Assembly (NCBI GenBank): GCA_028715115.1
Contig: JAQUSN010000002.1
Span: 4,944-68,943 of the forward strand
Direction: 5' to 3'
Source: Patescibacteria group bacterium
Lineage (GTDB): Bacteria; Patescibacteriota; Patescibacteriia; UBA2591; UBA4787
Length of the DNA stretch: 64,000 bases
The translations under genes and the position numbers were made by a program. Positions 63,681 through 64,000 of the stretch are shown in pieces. Position 1 is the first letter of the stretch, and each line of letters starts with the position of its first letter. Below the pieces are notes generated by a model, which was not told where the DNA came from, did no database searches, and saw nothing but the letters and a program-made list of their open reading frames with translations.

Positions 63681-64000
63681 ATGAAAAAATTTTTACCCTT
63701 AATCATTATAATTGTCGTGGCGATTGCGCTTAGCGCATTTTGGGGCGGCGCTAAATATGCGCAAAGCAAAAGCAGATCAATATCTCAGGCGAATATGCAA
63801 AGGTTTCAACAAATGGGCGGGGCAAGGCCTAGTGCTGGCAGTCGACAGGCAGGAACGGCTTTTATTAACGGACAAATAATTGCTAAAGATGATAAAAGCG
63901 TCACCATCAAACTTCGCGACGGTGGATCTAAAATAATTTTTTACTCTGATAAAACAGAGATAGGCAAATTCGTTGCCGGTACAATTAATGATTTAGTCGT
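63681..64000 (+). CDS. Hypothetical membrane-anchored protein (3'-truncated at window end)
   Basis: MKKFLPLIIIIVVAIALSAFWGG... The ORF is open to the window end. Confidence 0.45.
   Translation, partial: MKKFLPLIIIIVVAIALSAFWGGAKYAQSKSRSISQANMQRFQQMGGARPSAGSRQAGTAFINGQIIAKDDKSVTIKLRDGGSKIIFYSDKTEIGKFVAGTINDLV

Noticed and set aside
1-64000. CRISPR arrays / cas genes, rRNA genes, IS transposases
   Set aside because: No regularly spaced direct repeats, no Cas-like ORFs, no rRNA-like conserved stretches and no DDE transposase were seen anywhere in the window.

Overview
This is a 64 kb, mostly AT-rich (~35% GC) bacterial segment. The gene content suggests, as inference only, a small-genome anaerobe of CPR/Patescibacteria type: many small hypothetical proteins, an anaerobic RNR, FeoAB, GT4 glycosyltransferases and no respiratory genes. 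The main feature is a composite diversity-generating retroelement (DGR) in the first ~6 kb. A single DGR-type reverse transcriptase (IGNLTSQ motif) is flanked by two separate Avd + template-repeat (TR) modules. TR1 (+ strand) pairs with VR1 at the C-terminus of a 5'-truncated FGE/C-type-lectin-fold target. TR2 (- strand) pairs with VR2 and VR3 at the C-termini of two paralogous GC-rich target genes. Every TR/VR substitution falls at a TR adenine. Two ~8.7 kb recombinase-associated islands follow. Island 1 (~6.1-14.9 kb) carries a large serine recombinase, thermonuclease, TerS/TerL, a ParB-MTase fusion and a LexA/CI-like repressor. Island 2 (~48.3-57.0 kb) sits next to tRNA-Lys and carries a serine recombinase and an iron/metal cluster (two NifB/NifX-like proteins, an Mrp/MinD Fe-S ATPase, a thioredoxin-DsbD protein, a CDF transporter, DUF134, FeoA and FeoB). 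It ends at a degenerate copy of the tRNA-Lys 3' half. Both islands are bounded by members of an 'AAATGAGACAC' palindromic repeat family. Core genes lie between: rplT, rpmI, infC, a tmRNA (ssrA) next to smpB, holB, nrdD with its glycyl-radical domain in a separate small ORF, mltG, murA, recR and dnaB, several tRNAs, an ECF sigma/anti-sigma pair and a MacAB-like efflux system. No CRISPR array or rRNA gene was found.
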